48,227 bases of DNA. It comes from Chiloscyllium plagiosum. Its lineage: Eukaryota. The notes under the pieces were generated by a model, which was not told where the DNA came from, did no database searches, and saw nothing but the letters and a program-made list of their open reading frames with translations. Shown piece after piece: positions 45,984 to 48,227 of the stretch; within the stretch, counting starts at the first letter, position 1, and each line of letters opens with the position of its first letter. The stretch lies in contig NC_057751.1 of assembly GCF_004010195.1 (NCBI RefSeq), forward strand, positions 739,045 to 787,271. Reading direction: 5' to 3'. Position numbers and translations under genes: made by a program.

Positions 45984-48227
45984 TAGAGTCATTGAGTCAT
46001 AGAGATGTACAGCATGGAAATAGACCCTTCGGTCCAACCTGTCCATGGAGACTAGATAACCCAACCCAATCTAGTCCCACCTGCCAGCATCTGGCCCATA
46101 TCCCTCCTATTCACATACTCATCCAGATGTCTTTTAAATGTTGTAATTGTACCAGCCTCCACCACATCCTCTGGCAGATCATTCCATACACGTACCACTC
46201 TCTGAGTGAAAANNNNNNNNNNNNNNNNNNNNNNNNNNNNNNNNNNNNNNNNNNNNNNNNNNNNNNNNNNNNNNNNNNNNNNNNNNNNNNNNNNNNNNNN
46301 NNNNNNNNNNNNNNNNNNNNNNNNNNNNNNNNNNNNNNNNNNNNNNNNNNNNNNNNNNNNNNNNNNNNNNNNNNNNNNNNNNNNNNNNNNNNNNNNNNNN
46401 NNNNNNNNNNNNNNNNNNNNNNNNNNNNNNNNNNNNNNNNNNNNNNNNNNNNNNNNNNNNNNNNNNNNNNNNNNNNNAGGACCTTACCATTAAGTGTATA
46501 AGTCCTGCTAAGATTTGCTTTCCCAAAATGCAGCACCTCGCATTTATCTGAATTAAACTCCATCTGCCACTTCTCAGCCCATTGGCCCATCTAGTCCAGA
46601 TCCTGTTGTAATCTGAGGTAACCCTCTTCGCTGTCCACTACACCTCCAATTTTGGTGTCATCGGCAAACTTACTAACTGTACTTCTTATGCTTGCTTCCA
46701 AATCATTTATGTAAATGACAAAAAGTAGTGGATTTATCCTTGTGGCACTCCACTGGTCACAAGTCTCCAGTGTGAAAAACAATCCTCCACCACTACCACC
46801 ACCTTTGAGCCAGTTCTGTATCCACATGGCTAGTTCTCCCTGTATTCCATGAGATCTAACCTTGCTAATCAGTCTCCCATGGGGAACCTTGTNNNNNNNN
46901 TCAATCAAGTTTGTGAGACATGATCTCCCACGCACAAAGCCATGTTGACTATCCTTAATCAGTCCTTGCCTTTCCAAATATGTGTACATCCTGTCCCTCA
47001 GGATTCCCTCTAACAACTTGCCCACCGCCGAAGTCAGGCTCACTGGTCTATAGTTCCCTGGCTTGTCCTTACCACCCTTCTTAAACAGTGGCACCACGTT
47101 TGCCAACCTCCAGTCTTCCGGCACCTCACCTGTGACTATCGATGATACAAATATCTCAGCAAGTGGCCCAGCAATCACTTCTCTAACATCCCACAGAGTT
47201 CTCGGGGACACCTGATCAGGTCCTGGGGATTTATCCATCTTTATGCATTTTAAGACATCCAGCACTTCTTCCTCTGTAATATGGACATTTTGCAAGATGT
47301 CACCATCTATTTCCCTGCAGTCTATATCTTCCATATCCTTTTCCACAGTAAATACTGATGCAAAATACTTGTTTAGCATCTTCCCCATTTTCTGCAGCTC
47401 CACATAAAGGCCACCTTGCTGACCTTTAGGGGCCCTATTCGCTCCCTAGCTACCCTTCTGTCCTTAATATATTTGTAAAAACCCTTTGGATTCTCCTTAA
47501 TTGTAGTTGCCAAAGCAATCTCATGTCCCCGTTTTGCCCTCCTGATTTCCCTCTTAAGTATACTCCTACTGCCTTTATACTCTTCTAAGGATTCACTCAA
47601 TCTCTCCTGTCTATACCTGACATATGCTTCCTTCTTTTTCTTAACCAAACACTCAATTTCTGTCGTCATCCAACATTCCCTGTACCTACCAGCCTTTCCT
47701 TTCACCCTGACAGGAATATACTTTGTCTGGATTCTCGTTATCTCATTTCTGAAGGCTTCCCATTTTCCAGCCGTCCCTTTACCTGCGAACATCTGTCTCC
47801 AATCAGCTTTCGAAAGTTCTTGCCTAATACCATCAAAATTGGCCTCTCTCCATTTAGAACTTCAACTTTTAGATCTGGTCTATCCTTTTCCATCACTATT
47901 TAGTTCTTGCCTAATACCATCAAAATTGGCCTCTCTCCAATTTAGAACTTCAACTTTTAGATCTGGTCTACCCTTTTCCATCACTATTTTAAAATGAATA
48001 GAATTATGGTCGCTGGCCCCAAAGTGCTCCCCCACTGACACCTCAGTCACCTGCCCTGCCTTATTTCCCAAGAGTAGGTCAAGTTTTGCACCTTCTCTAG
48101 TAGGTACATCCACATACTGAATCAGAAAATGGTCTTGTACACACTTAAGAATTTCCTCTCCGTCTACACCTTTAACTCTATGGCAGTCCCAGTTGATGTT
48201 TGGAAAGTTAAAATCCCCTACAATAAC
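45984..48227 (-). mobile_element. CR1 LINE ORF2 (endonuclease end, RT, 3' tail), runs off window end; contains gaps 46213-46477 and 46893-46900
   Basis: LDLLLGNK..ASDHN, KSPGPDQ, NYRPVSLTS, KFADDTK. Confidence 0.93.
47815..47989 (+). repeat. 87/88-bp tandem duplication inside CR1
   Basis: agttcttgcctaataccatc..catcactattt at 47815-47901 and 47902-47989, differing by one indel and one substitution. Confidence 0.9.

Overview
Eukaryotic genomic DNA, most likely from a shark (it carries an HE1/V-SINE, Deu-domain SINEs and shark-type CR1 LINEs), with four assembly gaps. The only host gene is the 3' end of a Slo-family K+ channel on the + strand. It has seven phase-compatible GT-AG exons (1224-1448, 2178-2379, 4747-4824, 10230-10360, 12657-12851, 15572-15678, 21177-21909) encoding RCK2 and the C-terminus, followed by AATAAA at 21986. 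It is far too divergent from the near-invariant vertebrate KCNMA1 and has Slo3-type residues, so it is best called KCNU1/Slo3-like. It nevertheless keeps an almost intact Slo1-type Ca2+ bowl ([11 protein letters not shown]) and ends in a long acidic tail with a 15-aa triplicated motif. Most other sequence is retroelement: many CR1 copies (several retaining ORF1 zinc-finger/esterase parts), a second LINE family, L2, SINEs and a probable solo LTR. There are three different Penelope-like elements, each arranged as an inverted fold-back and each with a minimal hammerhead-ribozyme core, plus a dispersed family of 70-170 bp hammerhead-bearing derivatives. A repeat-poor block at about 30-36 kb may be regulatory. 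Exon, ribozyme and duplication coordinates were read base by base. Most retroelement boundaries are approximate, and family names come from motif recognition, not database searches.
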